DNA from: a virus
Lineage: Duplodnaviria; Caudoviricetes
Strand: one strand, 5' to 3'
Length of the DNA stretch: 30,397 nt
IMG/VR virus record: IMGVR_UViG_3300035392_000049
Location: 1 to 30,397 of that record
Below, in pieces: positions 8,343-17,900 of the stretch (within the stretch, counting starts at the first letter, position 1; each line of letters starts with the position of its first letter). A program made the translations under genes and the position numbers. A model generated the notes under the pieces. That model was not told the DNA's origin, did not search any database, and was given only the letters and a program-made list of their open reading frames with translations.

Positions 8343-9191
8343 ATGGTAAATTATAGTAAACTTAGCACTAGAAATAGTTTTAGAGCGCGTGAAAGAATGC
8401 TAGACCAACAAAAAATAGCTGATGCTTTAAATAAGACACATGAGAAAAAATTATTAGAACAACAAGAATCTTTTAATAGTACTAAAATTAATCCTTTAGA
8501 CCCTAAATATATTAGAAAAGAAAAAGCTCCTAATAAATTTGTAGAAACTCATAAATTTATTGAAGGTGAAGTAGAAAGATATTTTATGGAGTCTTTTAGA
8601 AATATTATTATTAAGTCTAATATTTTAGATAAAGATTTAGTTATTACTAATAGTTTAAGTATTAATAAAACTACTAATGAATTATTAGAAAGTTTATTAG
8701 GTGATATTAATATTAAAGACTTAAATAAATCTGAAGTAGGTAAACTGTTATATGAGAGTATTTTAGATAAAGTAGAAAGGGGTCACGATTTAAATGAATC
8801 TTTAGAAGATATTGATGATAAGATTTCTATTATAGAAAATACCTATGCTGATGTTTTACATGAGAATATTCTTAATATGATTGTGAAAGAAAAACAACGT
8901 AAACGAGAAAAGTTATTAGTAGAAAGTAAGGTAGAAAATAAAAAAAATATTAAAAATAAAGATAGAGAAGCTTTAAGAGATACTTCTCTATTAGAAGCTT
9001 TATTAATTTTTAATAGTAAATTACATTTAGATAAGGTTTTAAATGAATCTGAACAAATAGAAAAGAGTAAATTTTGTATGTCAGAATCTATTATGCAATA
9101 TAGTTTCTTAGAAACTTTAAAAATTATGAATTTGATTAATATTAATGAAACTAAATTTATTGATAAGTTAAAATTTTATAAAATAAAATAA
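8343..9191 (+). CDS. Probable internal head/virion protein
   Basis: 282 aa with many (L/F/M)-x-E-(S/A) sites (FMES, LLES, LYES, LNES twice, LVES, LLEA, MSES). Late-type motif AACA-N6-TA at 8303..8314. Confidence 0.6.
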   Translation: MVNYSKLSTRNSFRARERMLDQQKIADALNKTHEKKLLEQQESFNSTKINPLDPKYIRKEKAPNKFVETHKFIEGEVERYFMESFRNIIIKSNILDKDLVITNSLSINKTTNELLESLLGDINIKDLNKSEVGKLLYESILDKVERGHDLNESLEDIDDKISIIENTYADVLHENILNMIVKEKQRKREKLLVESKVENKKNIKNKDREALRDTSLLEALLIFNSKLHLDKVLNESEQIEKSKFCMSESIMQYSFLETLKIMNLININETKFIDKLKFYKIK

Positions 9192-9195
9192 ATAA

Positions 9196-9222
9196 GAGGG
9201 TAAGTCATTATGACTTACCCTC
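9196..9222. terminator. Bidirectional terminator
   Basis: gagggtaagtcat-t-atgacttaccctc between convergent genes. Confidence 0.8.
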
Positions 9223-9229
9223 AATTTTA

Positions 9230-9463
9230 TTAAGACCAGATATATCCAGGTATATTTATATAGAATTCTGGGGGTAAGAATACTACATATGAGTTTTCTA
9301 TAATACTTATATACTCCCCATAGTAATATTCCCAGAATGTTTCATTTAGAAAATTAGCAATTTTTTTTCTACAACAACACTCACCGATATCCAACTTAAT
9401 TTCTTCTTCTTCGTCATCTTCCTTGTGTAGAACTTTTGTTCTACAGATAATCTTTACTCTCAT
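9230..9463 (-). CDS. Hypothetical protein
   Basis: 77-aa ORF coupled to the upstream gene by an ATGA overlap. Confidence 0.65.
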   Translation of the reverse strand: MRVKIICRTKVLHKEDDEEEEIKLDIGECCCRKKIANFLNETFWEYYYGEYISIIENSYVVFLPPEFYINIPGYIWS

Positions 9464-9663
9464 TTCTTTCTTCCTTTTTCTATAATCCTGCTACCATCAA
9501 TATCTTTAGCATATTTCTGAGCTGAACCCCTATCGGCAAAAATAGCAGCTTGATTTCTATCAGTAGTCCCGATTGGACCACCTTTAAAAAATAGCCCTTT
9601 AACAATCTCAATTAAGAACATTTTATTCTCCTTATACGAAACTAGTTGGAAGTAAACTATCAT
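9460..9663 (-). CDS. Hypothetical protein
   Basis: 67-aa ORF within the operon. Confidence 0.6.
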   Translation of the reverse strand: MIVYFQLVSYKENKMFLIEIVKGLFFKGGPIGTTDRNQAAIFADRGSAQKYAKDIDGSRIIEKGRKK

Positions 9664-9838
9664 ATTCCATTTCTATATCTTGATCAACCCACCCCTTTTC
9701 CCATAACTTCCTTTCTGTTAACATTAAGTAGAAAATAGGATTAGATGATTTTAATTTACCGTTTTCTCTAGCTTTTCTCCCTTGTTTATAAAATTTATTT
9801 TGATTTAACTCTAATTCCGCTTTATCTGTTGATACCAT
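9632..9838 (-). CDS. Rmf/CrpP-fold small protein
   Basis: FYKQGRKARENGK.KSSNP.......RKLWEKGW fits the RMF pattern GY.AG..G.S...CPY......W..GW. Start moved to ATG 9838, which follows GGAG. Confidence 0.55.
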   Translation of the reverse strand: MVSTDKAELELNQNKFYKQGRKARENGKLKSSNPIFYLMLTERKLWEKGWVDQDIEMEYDSLLPTSFV

Positions 9839-9876
9839 GATGTTTACTCCAAAATAATTAAAGAAATACACTATAG

Positions 9877-9908
9877 TAATATATATTTATAAATCTAGAC
9901 TATACACT
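9877..9908 (-). promoter_or_regulatory. Putative early promoter, AGTG-N16-AAATATATATTA(C)
   Basis: Copy of the recurrent motif; with the next base it reads TATATTAC, the phiKZ early motif. Confidence 0.75.
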
Positions 9909-9913
9909 AAAGT

Positions 9914-11242
9914 TTAATTTTTAGAAACAATGTCTTGTTTACCTCTATTAATATTAAATTTATCTTCTCTTCTATCGATGTATAGTTTAATATCAGGAAA
10001 TTCTTGTTCTAAGAAATCTGCCATTTTATGAGCAATTTTTCTTAATGTTGGATGTACGCTAAGATTAGAACGTAATTCCGCCACATAAACCATTTGTGGT
10101 AAATCATAAGATAGCTCACAAATTACATTATTACCTAACGGGGTAAAATATTGTAAATCTACATCACTTATATTATATAATTGATACAATATTTGCATTT
10201 TCTGATACTGTTCATATAGCAGTACTCCTATATCTTTATCATAATCAACTTGTTCTAGATACCAACCATTAAAACCGTCACTATAACACATTAATGGAAT
10301 TTCACATAATCCTTTTCTATGTCTTTGTATATCTCTAAAACTACCATAGTCTAATTTAAATTTCAAATTGAAAATACCTAATTTAGAATAATATTTAGGA
10401 ATTTTACTATATTTTGGTCTATTAGATAATATCTTAAAATCAAAATGTTTATTTGAATCATAACTCACCTTAGTTAAAATATTATTATCGCAAACAAAAC
10501 TAATATCATCAGTTAAATAGGTTTCTAAGTAATTAATATTTAAAGCATTTTCTTTATAATAGTTATCCAATTCTTTATTTTCTTTATGTGAAAAACTACT
10601 AGGATATTTTTGTTTTAAATCTTCTAAAGTTATATTAGCAATATCTCTAACTTCTTCTAAAGGATGGAATTTTAACTCATATAGTTTTTCATAAGCATCT
10701 CTTAGAGAAGTATGCCAAGAGGTTTGTGTAGTAATACCCGCTGGTAAAAATCCTCTAGCTACATCAAATGCTCTAGCATTAATAGCTTTATTCCAAATAC
10801 TAATATCCTCACCTTCTTTTAAAGGGAATTTAATAGTTAATTTATATTGCATATAATCAAGAACTTTTATATAAAGCTGCATCCAGTTATATAGAATTTC
10901 TTCTGATAAATGATTACCTTTTAATGGGTTATAAATATTCTGTTCAGAAAAATTTATAAATCTGCTCGATGTTTCCTGACCATTGAATTTTTGACTATCT
11001 TGAATAGCTTTAGCAGCTAATATAGATAATCCTTCAAAGAAAATTGTAGTATTACCACAATCACCAATAGAACTATGCCCATATCCTACATAGTAACTAT
11101 TCATAAATTTATCAGAACCTGTCTGTAATACTTTTTCTTTATGTTTTTCTACACTTTCAGAAGACCTACTATATAATGCTTGCATCATAGCAATAGTCTC
11201 TGGAGGGAATTCATCTATAATAGTAATTTTAGTTTCATTCAT
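9914..11242 (-). CDS. thyX: Flavin-dependent thymidylate synthase, long tandem-Thy1 type
   Basis: ALYSRS, GYGHSSIG, QETSSRF, RAFDVARGFLPAG, H.L.EV, then a second domain with FRDIQRHR and ELRS....HPTLR. Confidence 0.82.
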   Translation of the reverse strand: MNETKITIIDEFPPETIAMMQALYSRSSESVEKHKEKVLQTGSDKFMNSYYVGYGHSSIGDCGNTTIFFEGLSILAAKAIQDSQKFNGQETSSRFINFSEQNIYNPLKGNHLSEEILYNWMQLYIKVLDYMQYKLTIKFPLKEGEDISIWNKAINARAFDVARGFLPAGITTQTSWHTSLRDAYEKLYELKFHPLEEVRDIANITLEDLKQKYPSSFSHKENKELDNYYKENALNINYLETYLTDDISFVCDNNILTKVSYDSNKHFDFKILSNRPKYSKIPKYYSKLGIFNLKFKLDYGSFRDIQRHRKGLCEIPLMCYSDGFNGWYLEQVDYDKDIGVLLYEQYQKMQILYQLYNISDVDLQYFTPLGNNVICELSYDLPQMVYVAELRSNLSVHPTLRKIAHKMADFLEQEFPDIKLYIDRREDKFNINRGKQDIVSKN

Positions 11243-11244
11243 AG

Positions 11245-11739
11245 TTATAATCCTGTTGACCCATGACCATTAGAACCTCTATCAGTATCTTCAAAATCTT
11301 CTTCAGTAAATTCTACTTCTAAAGCATGAAAAACAGGAGCTAATACTAATTGACAAATTTTAGTTTTATGTTTAGTAATCTTAAAAGGTTCATCACCTAA
11401 ATTTATTAAATTAATCATAACTTCCCCTAAAAATTTGTTATCTAAAGTCCCAGGTGCATTTACAATAGAAATACCAAAACTATTAGCTAGTCCGCTTCTA
11501 GGTCTAACTTGTAATTCTAGCACTTGTTTAACACCGTACATAACTAACATCTTATTAATATTTTCGATAGGAGTATAATTAGGTATTTTATATGATAATC
11601 TAGTTCTAATTAATTTTCTTTCGCTAGGCAAAATATAATCATCTTCTATAGCAAACATATCTAAACCAGAATCATCTTTATGAGCATACTGAGGTAAAAT
11701 AGCATCTTCATGTACTTTCTTAAATTGTAATTTTTGCAT
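11245..11739 (-). CDS. dut: Trimeric dUTPase
   Basis: All five motifs are present: DSGLD, PRSGLA, NAPGTLDNKFLGE, KICQLV, RGSNGHGSTG. Confidence 0.93.
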   Translation of the reverse strand: MQKLQFKKVHEDAILPQYAHKDDSGLDMFAIEDDYILPSERKLIRTRLSYKIPNYTPIENINKMLVMYGVKQVLELQVRPRSGLANSFGISIVNAPGTLDNKFLGEVMINLINLGDEPFKITKHKTKICQLVLAPVFHALEVEFTEEDFEDTDRGSNGHGSTGL

Positions 11740-11755
11740 TATTATTTCCTTATAT

Positions 11756-12013
11756 TTAATTTAGTTTTAAATGTTTTTGCAGTAGTTTAGCATATGCATA
11801 AATATGTTCATTATTAATAGAATTTAAATATTCTTCAGATTTTATTTTACTCATATATTCGTCAATATATTCATTACGATGTTTACTTTTATGTTTTGAA
11901 AAAATATTATCATATAATAGTTCTACTTTATCTAAACAATGACTATAATAACTCTGTTCTTCTGATTCTAGTATGTAATCAATTAACATTTTAAATTTTT
12001 CTTCTTTTGTCAT
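11756..12013 (-). CDS. Hypothetical protein
   Basis: 85-aa ORF heading the dut-thyX operon. Confidence 0.65.
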   Translation of the reverse strand: MTKEEKFKMLIDYILESEEQSYYSHCLDKVELLYDNIFSKHKSKHRNEYIDEYMSKIKSEEYLNSINNEHIYAYAKLLQKHLKLN

Positions 12014-12049
12014 AATATATTATATAATAAGTTATTTATACTTATTATA

Positions 12050-12061
12050 TAATATATATTT
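12050..12061 (-). promoter_or_regulatory. Putative early promoter core driving the dut-thyX operon
   Basis: AAATATATATTA without an upstream GTG. Confidence 0.55.
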
Positions 12062-12071
12062 AAAATTTAAA

Positions 12072-12344
12072 TTATAATTTAGGTAATATATCAACTATAT
12101 CTGAAAAACTTTTAAATTCTAATTCTTTCTTTTGAATTTTGAAAGCTATATTTTTACAAGCTAAACACCAATCAATTAATTTACTAGCTTCTTCATTATA
12201 TTTTATATCATATAACCATAAATATAATTCTTCCATAGATTCATAATAATATGGTTCTCTTTTTATACAATCTAATATATAATTATTAATAAATGTTATT
12301 TGGTTTTGAATTATATTATCTATACTATTTTTAATATGTAGCAT
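12072..12344 (-). CDS. Tail-fibre-associated (assembly-type) small protein
   Basis: Y.EEA..LIDW...C.......  ...F.DI...LP.L resembles small proteins that follow tail-fibre genes. Overlaps the stop of the fibre gene. Confidence 0.55.
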   Translation of the reverse strand: MLHIKNSIDNIIQNQITFINNYILDCIKREPYYYESMEELYLWLYDIKYNEEASKLIDWCLACKNIAFKIQKKELEFKSFSDIVDILPKL

Positions 12345-13554
12345 TTAAAATACCTTGATTTTGTATTACTGTTAATAAACCTTGTGTACCGTTAGATAAT
12401 TTACCTGGTAAAAATGTATCTCTATTACCTATAGCTTTACCATAGCCGTTATGTTTAATATAAAAATTATTTGCACCTAATTTAGCTATTTGTCCATTAG
12501 GATATATAGGGTTACTTAGATCGGTAGGCATTGTTATATTCGGATAGTTATAAAATCTAATAGAATCATTATCTACTGGTAGATATATATCCATTACGCT
12601 ATAATTAGTTATAATACCTTTGTAATTAGTTACTATTAAACTATCCTTTTCTATATTATTTGCAGATATACCTACTATACAAAATATATTATCTATAATG
12701 AATCTAGTTATCCCACCTAAACAATTAACAAAAGTATTAAAGACTAAATTAGATTGAGTTATTTCAATAAATATTGGATTACCTGTTCTACCTGTCCCTA
12801 TATGTGTATTATCAAATAATTTACTATTATCTAAACTACCGTTATATTGATCATAATAACCACCTGATATAGTTATAATATGAGAGTGTGCTCCACCGCT
12901 AATTTTATATGATCCGACTACATATAACACTGAACTATCTATATACATATGATTACCTACAGTTTGAGTAAAAATAACATTTTTTATCCAAACTTCAGCT
13001 TCTTTATGTAAATATATTTGAGAATACCAAGGATCTACTAAATAAGCTGATAAAAATTTCACTCCTTCTATTTTTACTAAACAGTTCTCTATATCTAAAG
13101 AACATTTGTTTTCTCCAACAGGGTTAGCTAAAACTACAGCTTCTGGATTAGTTACATTACCTATTAAATTTATAATTTTAGACTTAGATATATTATTTAT
13201 AACATTATTTTCAGAATAAAAACCATCAGCTAAGTTAAAATTGTAATTACTATTTTCTGGATATCTATAAGATTTAATAGTATCTTGTGCTTTAAATATG
13301 GTTTTAAAAGGTTTAAGACTACTACCATCACCATTAATATCATCACCTGAAGGGGATATATAAATATCAAAATAACCTGAGTCAGGTACTTTATATCTAG
13401 AATCTAATCTATGTGATAACCCTTCATAATCTTTATAGTACACTGAGTTTAATTTACTATCTATATACAATTCTCCGTTTAAAGCTTTCTGTGGGTCTAA
13501 ACCTTCTATTTCAACAAGAGGTTGATACACACACCCATTTATTTCATTAGCCAT
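12331..13554 (-). CDS. Tail fibre/spike with predicted right-handed beta-helix
   Basis: IYISPSGDD.NGDGS..KPFKTI.KA, LADG.Y.E and I.LIGN..NP..V, followed by beta-helix-like rungs. Confidence 0.7.
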   Translation of the reverse strand: MANEINGCVYQPLVEIEGLDPQKALNGELYIDSKLNSVYYKDYEGLSHRLDSRYKVPDSGYFDIYISPSGDDINGDGSSLKPFKTIFKAQDTIKSYRYPENSNYNFNLADGFYSENNVINNISKSKIINLIGNVTNPEAVVLANPVGENKCSLDIENCLVKIEGVKFLSAYLVDPWYSQIYLHKEAEVWIKNVIFTQTVGNHMYIDSSVLYVVGSYKISGGAHSHIITISGGYYDQYNGSLDNSKLFDNTHIGTGRTGNPIFIEITQSNLVFNTFVNCLGGITRFIIDNIFCIVGISANNIEKDSLIVTNYKGIITNYSVMDIYLPVDNDSIRFYNYPNITMPTDLSNPIYPNGQIAKLGANNFYIKHNGYGKAIGNRDTFLPGKLSNGTQGLLTVIQNQGILNATY

Positions 13555-13591
13555 ATTTTATGAATATATTTATACTGTATAATAAATAGTT

Positions 13592-15499
13592 CTATCTATT
13601 GCAGTTTATTACTAATAAACAATCATTATTTTCTCTATCACCTTTAATATATTTTATATTAGTGTTATGTATTTTTCTTTCACCATTAAATATGGCAGTT
13701 TCATTATTCAATCTTAATCCTGTTACTACTAATCTAAATACTCCACCTGTTCTATCTATTTCTATATTAACAAATCTACTGAAATTCGTAGATGCGCATA
13801 AACAAGCTAGGGTATTAATAAACTCATTAGATAAATTATTTGTTAGATGATTATAATCAATATAATCGTTTATAATATTTTTAGAATACCCTGAGTATCT
13901 AATAAATTTATTTAAATCAGTTTCATAATCTTTAAAATAATCAACCATGTCAGATATATCTGAGTTAACTAAATAGTTAAAATTATATTCAAATCTTCTA
14001 CTAGTATTTAAACCTTTAATAGCTAATATTCCGCTATTTAATATTTCAATTTGGTCAGATGAAACAAATTTACCATTAGAGAAAGCTAAATTAGCCATCT
14101 TAGCTGAATATGATACTATATCATTTTCAAAATCAACAGTACCTTTATCCCCTATTGTATCAAAATAAGCACATAAATTTCTAGGATGATATGGTTGATT
14201 TAATATTATTCTAATATGACTATTGTTAGTAACAGGTATTAATTTATCATCACATAAAACAATAGAAGGTGGACTACTATCATTATACTGATTATAATCT
14301 ATAAAAAAATCAACCCCAGGTGTTAATTTGATACCATTAATCCATAAGTAAATATCATATACTCTCTTATAAGGTAAAGGGTAATATTCATTATCGATTT
14401 TAGTAACCAATGGTATTCTATTTACAAATCCTGAAGCTGTATATTGTTCAACTAATAAATCGTAATTAAAAAACTTAGAACCAACATCCGTTATAAGTAA
14501 ATCAACACCACTAACATTAGCAATAATATTTAATTCACTATAATCTATAGTATTCATTATTAAAAACTCTGTATCATATAACACATTACCTAATAGGTTA
14601 AAACTTAATTTATAATTATCCGTAAGTATTGTATTATAATTAACTCTATGTAATTGTCTATGATAAATATCTGATGTACCTCTATTTTCTTTTTTAAATA
14701 CAGTATAATAGTTTGTATCTAATATAGGTTTTATTCTGCTAAGATTAATCATATTAGTTTCGTCTTGAGATAAATCTAAATTAGCGTAATATGTTCCATT
14801 TCTACCTATTAAATCATCAGTTACTATATCTTCTGCACTTAAATCATCTATATCTAACCTACTAGATATTAAATCATCTACAGTGATAACATCTGAAGCA
14901 TATATTGTTTTTTTTATATATCTAACTTTTTCAGTAACATTTTTTTTCTTAATAACTACTACTTTTAGAGTATATTTATCACTTAATAATTGTGCATTGT
15001 AATTAGCTAAAGCTATATTAGTGTATAAATCTTTTTTTCTAACATATATAGTTAAACCTGATTGTAAATTTCTAATTTTATAATTATAAGGTGCTACTAA
15101 TTTTCCTTCATAATCAAAAATTAATATTATATAGTCAGTTTCTTCACATCTACCAGCTTCATTACAAGGAAATACTATCCAATTAGAATTAACATCCATA
15201 TGAACAGCTTCATTATTAAAATAATCTCTATAAGAATAATCTGAAGCTATCGGATATTGAAATTTCTTATAGAATATTGGACCCGAATATCTACTGAAGA
15301 ACTCATTTAAATATTTAGGGTTAGAGATAGCAATATTTAATAAAGATTTATTAATCTTATTTTCTTGAAAATTAATAGAATAAAACCTATCATTTAAAGT
15401 TTTTTTTATATTACTCTCATCTAGTAAGTCATAATCCTGTAGAGGTAAGAAATTTATAGTTGGATATAAATTAGTATATGTGTAATTACTTAATTGCAT
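13592..15499 (-). CDS. Virion structural protein (baseplate/tail region)
   Basis: 635 aa, beta-rich, with repeated xWING.KL / FSNGKFV motifs. Co-oriented with the tail fibre gene; late-type motif at 15524..15535. Confidence 0.55.
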   Translation of the reverse strand: MQLSNYTYTNLYPTINFLPLQDYDLLDESNIKKTLNDRFYSINFQENKINKSLLNIAISNPKYLNEFFSRYSGPIFYKKFQYPIASDYSYRDYFNNEAVHMDVNSNWIVFPCNEAGRCEETDYIILIFDYEGKLVAPYNYKIRNLQSGLTIYVRKKDLYTNIALANYNAQLLSDKYTLKVVVIKKKNVTEKVRYIKKTIYASDVITVDDLISSRLDIDDLSAEDIVTDDLIGRNGTYYANLDLSQDETNMINLSRIKPILDTNYYTVFKKENRGTSDIYHRQLHRVNYNTILTDNYKLSFNLLGNVLYDTEFLIMNTIDYSELNIIANVSGVDLLITDVGSKFFNYDLLVEQYTASGFVNRIPLVTKIDNEYYPLPYKRVYDIYLWINGIKLTPGVDFFIDYNQYNDSSPPSIVLCDDKLIPVTNNSHIRIILNQPYHPRNLCAYFDTIGDKGTVDFENDIVSYSAKMANLAFSNGKFVSSDQIEILNSGILAIKGLNTSRRFEYNFNYLVNSDISDMVDYFKDYETDLNKFIRYSGYSKNIINDYIDYNHLTNNLSNEFINTLACLCASTNFSRFVNIEIDRTGGVFRLVVTGLRLNNETAIFNGERKIHNTNIKYIKGDRENNDCLLVINCNR

Positions 15500-15543
15500 A
15501 ATTTACTTCTGTTTGTTATATAATATTTGAAAGTTTTAAATAA

Positions 15544-15579
15544 AAAATAAAGAGCTATATTAATATAGCTCTTTATTTT
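15544..15579. terminator. Perfect 36-nt palindrome/terminator after the nvRNAP beta gene
   Basis: aaaataaagagctatatt|aatatagctctttatttt. Confidence 0.75.
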
Positions 15580-15584
15580 AACTG

Positions 15585-17051
15585 TTAATAAGGTGTAATA
15601 TATTTAACTTCTGTATCAAAATAATAATTTTCTTTAATATCTACAAAAGGTACAATACTATAACTAGCTCCAGGGTCTGAACTACTACTAGCTACTAACC
15701 CCAATCTATTTATATAAGAAGGGTCTATATTTCTATGGTTTAAACTGATCTTAGTTTTACTATCACTACTTAAACCAGAGTCCCCTACTTGAGATAACTT
15801 TAACCCATTAAATATATCTGCTGTATTAGTATTGTTAATATACCTTAATAATCTATTAGTTAATATCTTTTTAATACAAAAGTCTGGTGGAATATTAGAA
15901 AAGATTTGTTCTAATCTTTTCATTGTCGTTTTCTTACTATTAAATACTCTATAGGTAGCTTCTGAACATTTAATAATAAATGGAAGAATTAAGTATTCTT
16001 CTAATCTTAATCTCTTATTAGCTAGATTTGTATTAGTACCGTTTCTTAATTCATCGAAAAAGTACATCATCCATCTAATAATAGCGTAAATATCGTCTTT
16101 ATCCTTGTCTAGGACTTGAATAAGATTTTTCTTAGTCCTACCGTCCATAATCCTCTCTAATGACCTTAAAATCGAATCTCCTGCATCTATATAGCTATTA
16201 GGATTCTTAGAAAATATCTTACCTAGTTTAATTTTCCAAAACTCATTGTCATTTAAATTCTCTATAGTAGGTTTATTTTCATATATAAATTCTAATAGTG
16301 TGATAAATACATTATGGTTAGCTTCATATACTTCTTTTTTAATAGCTAAAGATTTACCAGTAGCTATTTTAAATAAGTAATGAGTTTCTTTATATAGTTT
16401 TAATTCTTTAGCAGGAATTTTCTCAAATAACTTAATAGCTTCTATAGGTATATTGAAATATTCTAGTGTACCTAAGAAACCTTTCTTACCCATATAATAA
16501 TATAATATATTTATATCTTTTCTAAATAAGTTTAATTTAATCTCTCTACCAACTAATGTATTACCTACTAAATCTTCTCTCTCAATATCTTTATATGATA
16601 AATGTATAGGCATTAATAAAGTTTTAAGAGTTAAACAATCTTTAGTATTATAAGTGCCATTATCTATTAATTGATATATAGCAGTATATTTAGAACCATT
16701 CAACTTATAATAGAAATCATCTACTAGTTTAGGAAATAATATAGGTATAGATATATCTTTTACTAAATCTTCTGCTTCTAATCTAAAGTGTATAGTAATT
16801 AATATATATCTATTCTCTTTAATAGATTTATTAGTTCTATTAAGTAAAGTATTAATTTCTATTTCATTAGTAACTACTTCACATCCTATATAATATACTC
16901 CTGTTATAATTTCTAATGCTTTACATAAATCTTCTAAGCATTCTACTGTTTTAGGAATATGTGTTTCGTTCCTCTGGTATATGAATTTGTTATTAAATTG
17001 TTCTGGGTTATTAGATTGGTATTGTTTATAGAACTGTTGTTGTATTAGCAT
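15585..17051 (-). CDS. Non-virion RNA polymerase beta subunit, N-terminal half (AR9 gp105-like)
   Basis: CKALEII, FPKLVD..Y..LNG.KY..IYQL.D.GTY, LTLKTLLMPI, DIY.I.RWM, NLANKRLRL.EYL, and R.IDPSYI.RLGL..SS..DPGAS.S..PF (RpoB region D). These match AR9 gp105 as recalled. Confidence 0.9.
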   Translation of the reverse strand: MLIQQQFYKQYQSNNPEQFNNKFIYQRNETHIPKTVECLEDLCKALEIITGVYYIGCEVVTNEIEINTLLNRTNKSIKENRYILITIHFRLEAEDLVKDISIPILFPKLVDDFYYKLNGSKYTAIYQLIDNGTYNTKDCLTLKTLLMPIHLSYKDIEREDLVGNTLVGREIKLNLFRKDINILYYYMGKKGFLGTLEYFNIPIEAIKLFEKIPAKELKLYKETHYLFKIATGKSLAIKKEVYEANHNVFITLLEFIYENKPTIENLNDNEFWKIKLGKIFSKNPNSYIDAGDSILRSLERIMDGRTKKNLIQVLDKDKDDIYAIIRWMMYFFDELRNGTNTNLANKRLRLEEYLILPFIIKCSEATYRVFNSKKTTMKRLEQIFSNIPPDFCIKKILTNRLLRYINNTNTADIFNGLKLSQVGDSGLSSDSKTKISLNHRNIDPSYINRLGLVASSSSDPGASYSIVPFVDIKENYYFDTEVKYITPY

Positions 17052-17078
17052 ATAATTCCATTTATATTATTTATTAGG

Positions 17079-17510
17079 TTAGATATCAAACATTTTTAAT
17101 TTGTTATGTAAGTTTTTACTATCTAATATTCTCTTAGATATAATACTCTCTTTAGATTCTTGTAGATATAAATGAGGACAAGATAAAGAATAATATTTAG
17201 GTTTACTATAATCAATAACTCTTTCTCTAGTATAAGTATCAAAATAGGTATATGTATTCTTCCAATAACTATTATATACTAAATTTAATTTTAAGTAATA
17301 ATTAAATCTTTTTATTACATATGTTTGTATATAATCAATAGAACTATCTATTTTCTCAAATCTTTGATTATAGGTATACTTAACTTCATAAGAACAAGTA
17401 TCTGTATTTAATCTTAAAGCTTCTATTGTTTCTCCTATGATTTCAGCTAATTCTATTAGGTATGATTGTTTATTATCTTCTTTATATAATTCATTAGGTA
17501 TTAGTATCAT
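17079..17510 (-). CDS. Hypothetical protein
   Basis: 143-aa ORF. Confidence 0.65.
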   Translation of the reverse strand: MILIPNELYKEDNKQSYLIELAEIIGETIEALRLNTDTCSYEVKYTYNQRFEKIDSSIDYIQTYVIKRFNYYLKLNLVYNSYWKNTYTYFDTYTRERVIDYSKPKYYSLSCPHLYLQESKESIISKRILDSKNLHNKLKMFDI

Positions 17511-17512
17511 AA

Positions 17513-17857
17513 TTATTTATTAATGTTTTTCATATCAATTTTAAAATTAGTATAATTATGTATATTGCTTCCAGGTTTATAGTATGTATCTATACCAACT
17601 GTATTATTAATACTATCTTCTCTAATAACTATTGTGTACTCTTTAAATGTAAATACTAAAATATTATAATCTTTATACTGATAAGATTTAATAATATCAT
17701 AATTATATAATCTATTAGTATTATATTCAATATCTATATTATTACAATAATCTAATATAGCTAAATATTCTTTATTATATAAATTAATAAAGATATTATC
17801 ACATATATCATTAATATCTTTTTTACTTACTCTAGTTAAATATATTTTATTATCCAT
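17513..17857 (-). CDS. Hypothetical protein
   Basis: 114-aa ORF with AGGT RBS. Confidence 0.65.
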   Translation of the reverse strand: MDNKIYLTRVSKKDINDICDNIFINLYNKEYLAILDYCNNIDIEYNTNRLYNYDIIKSYQYKDYNILVFTFKEYTIVIREDSINNTVGIDTYYKPGSNIHNYTNFKIDMKNINK

Positions 17858-17888
17858 ATTATTACCTATTTTGTTATTACTAATTTAT

Positions 17889-17900
17889 TAATATATATTT
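17889..17900 (-). promoter_or_regulatory. Putative early promoter core for the operon ending in nvRNAP beta
   Basis: AAATATATATTA. Early expression of the nvRNAP is what the two-RNAP model predicts. Confidence 0.6.

Noticed and set aside
13599-13850. Plus-strand 83-aa ORF
   Set aside because: Shadow of 13592..15499.
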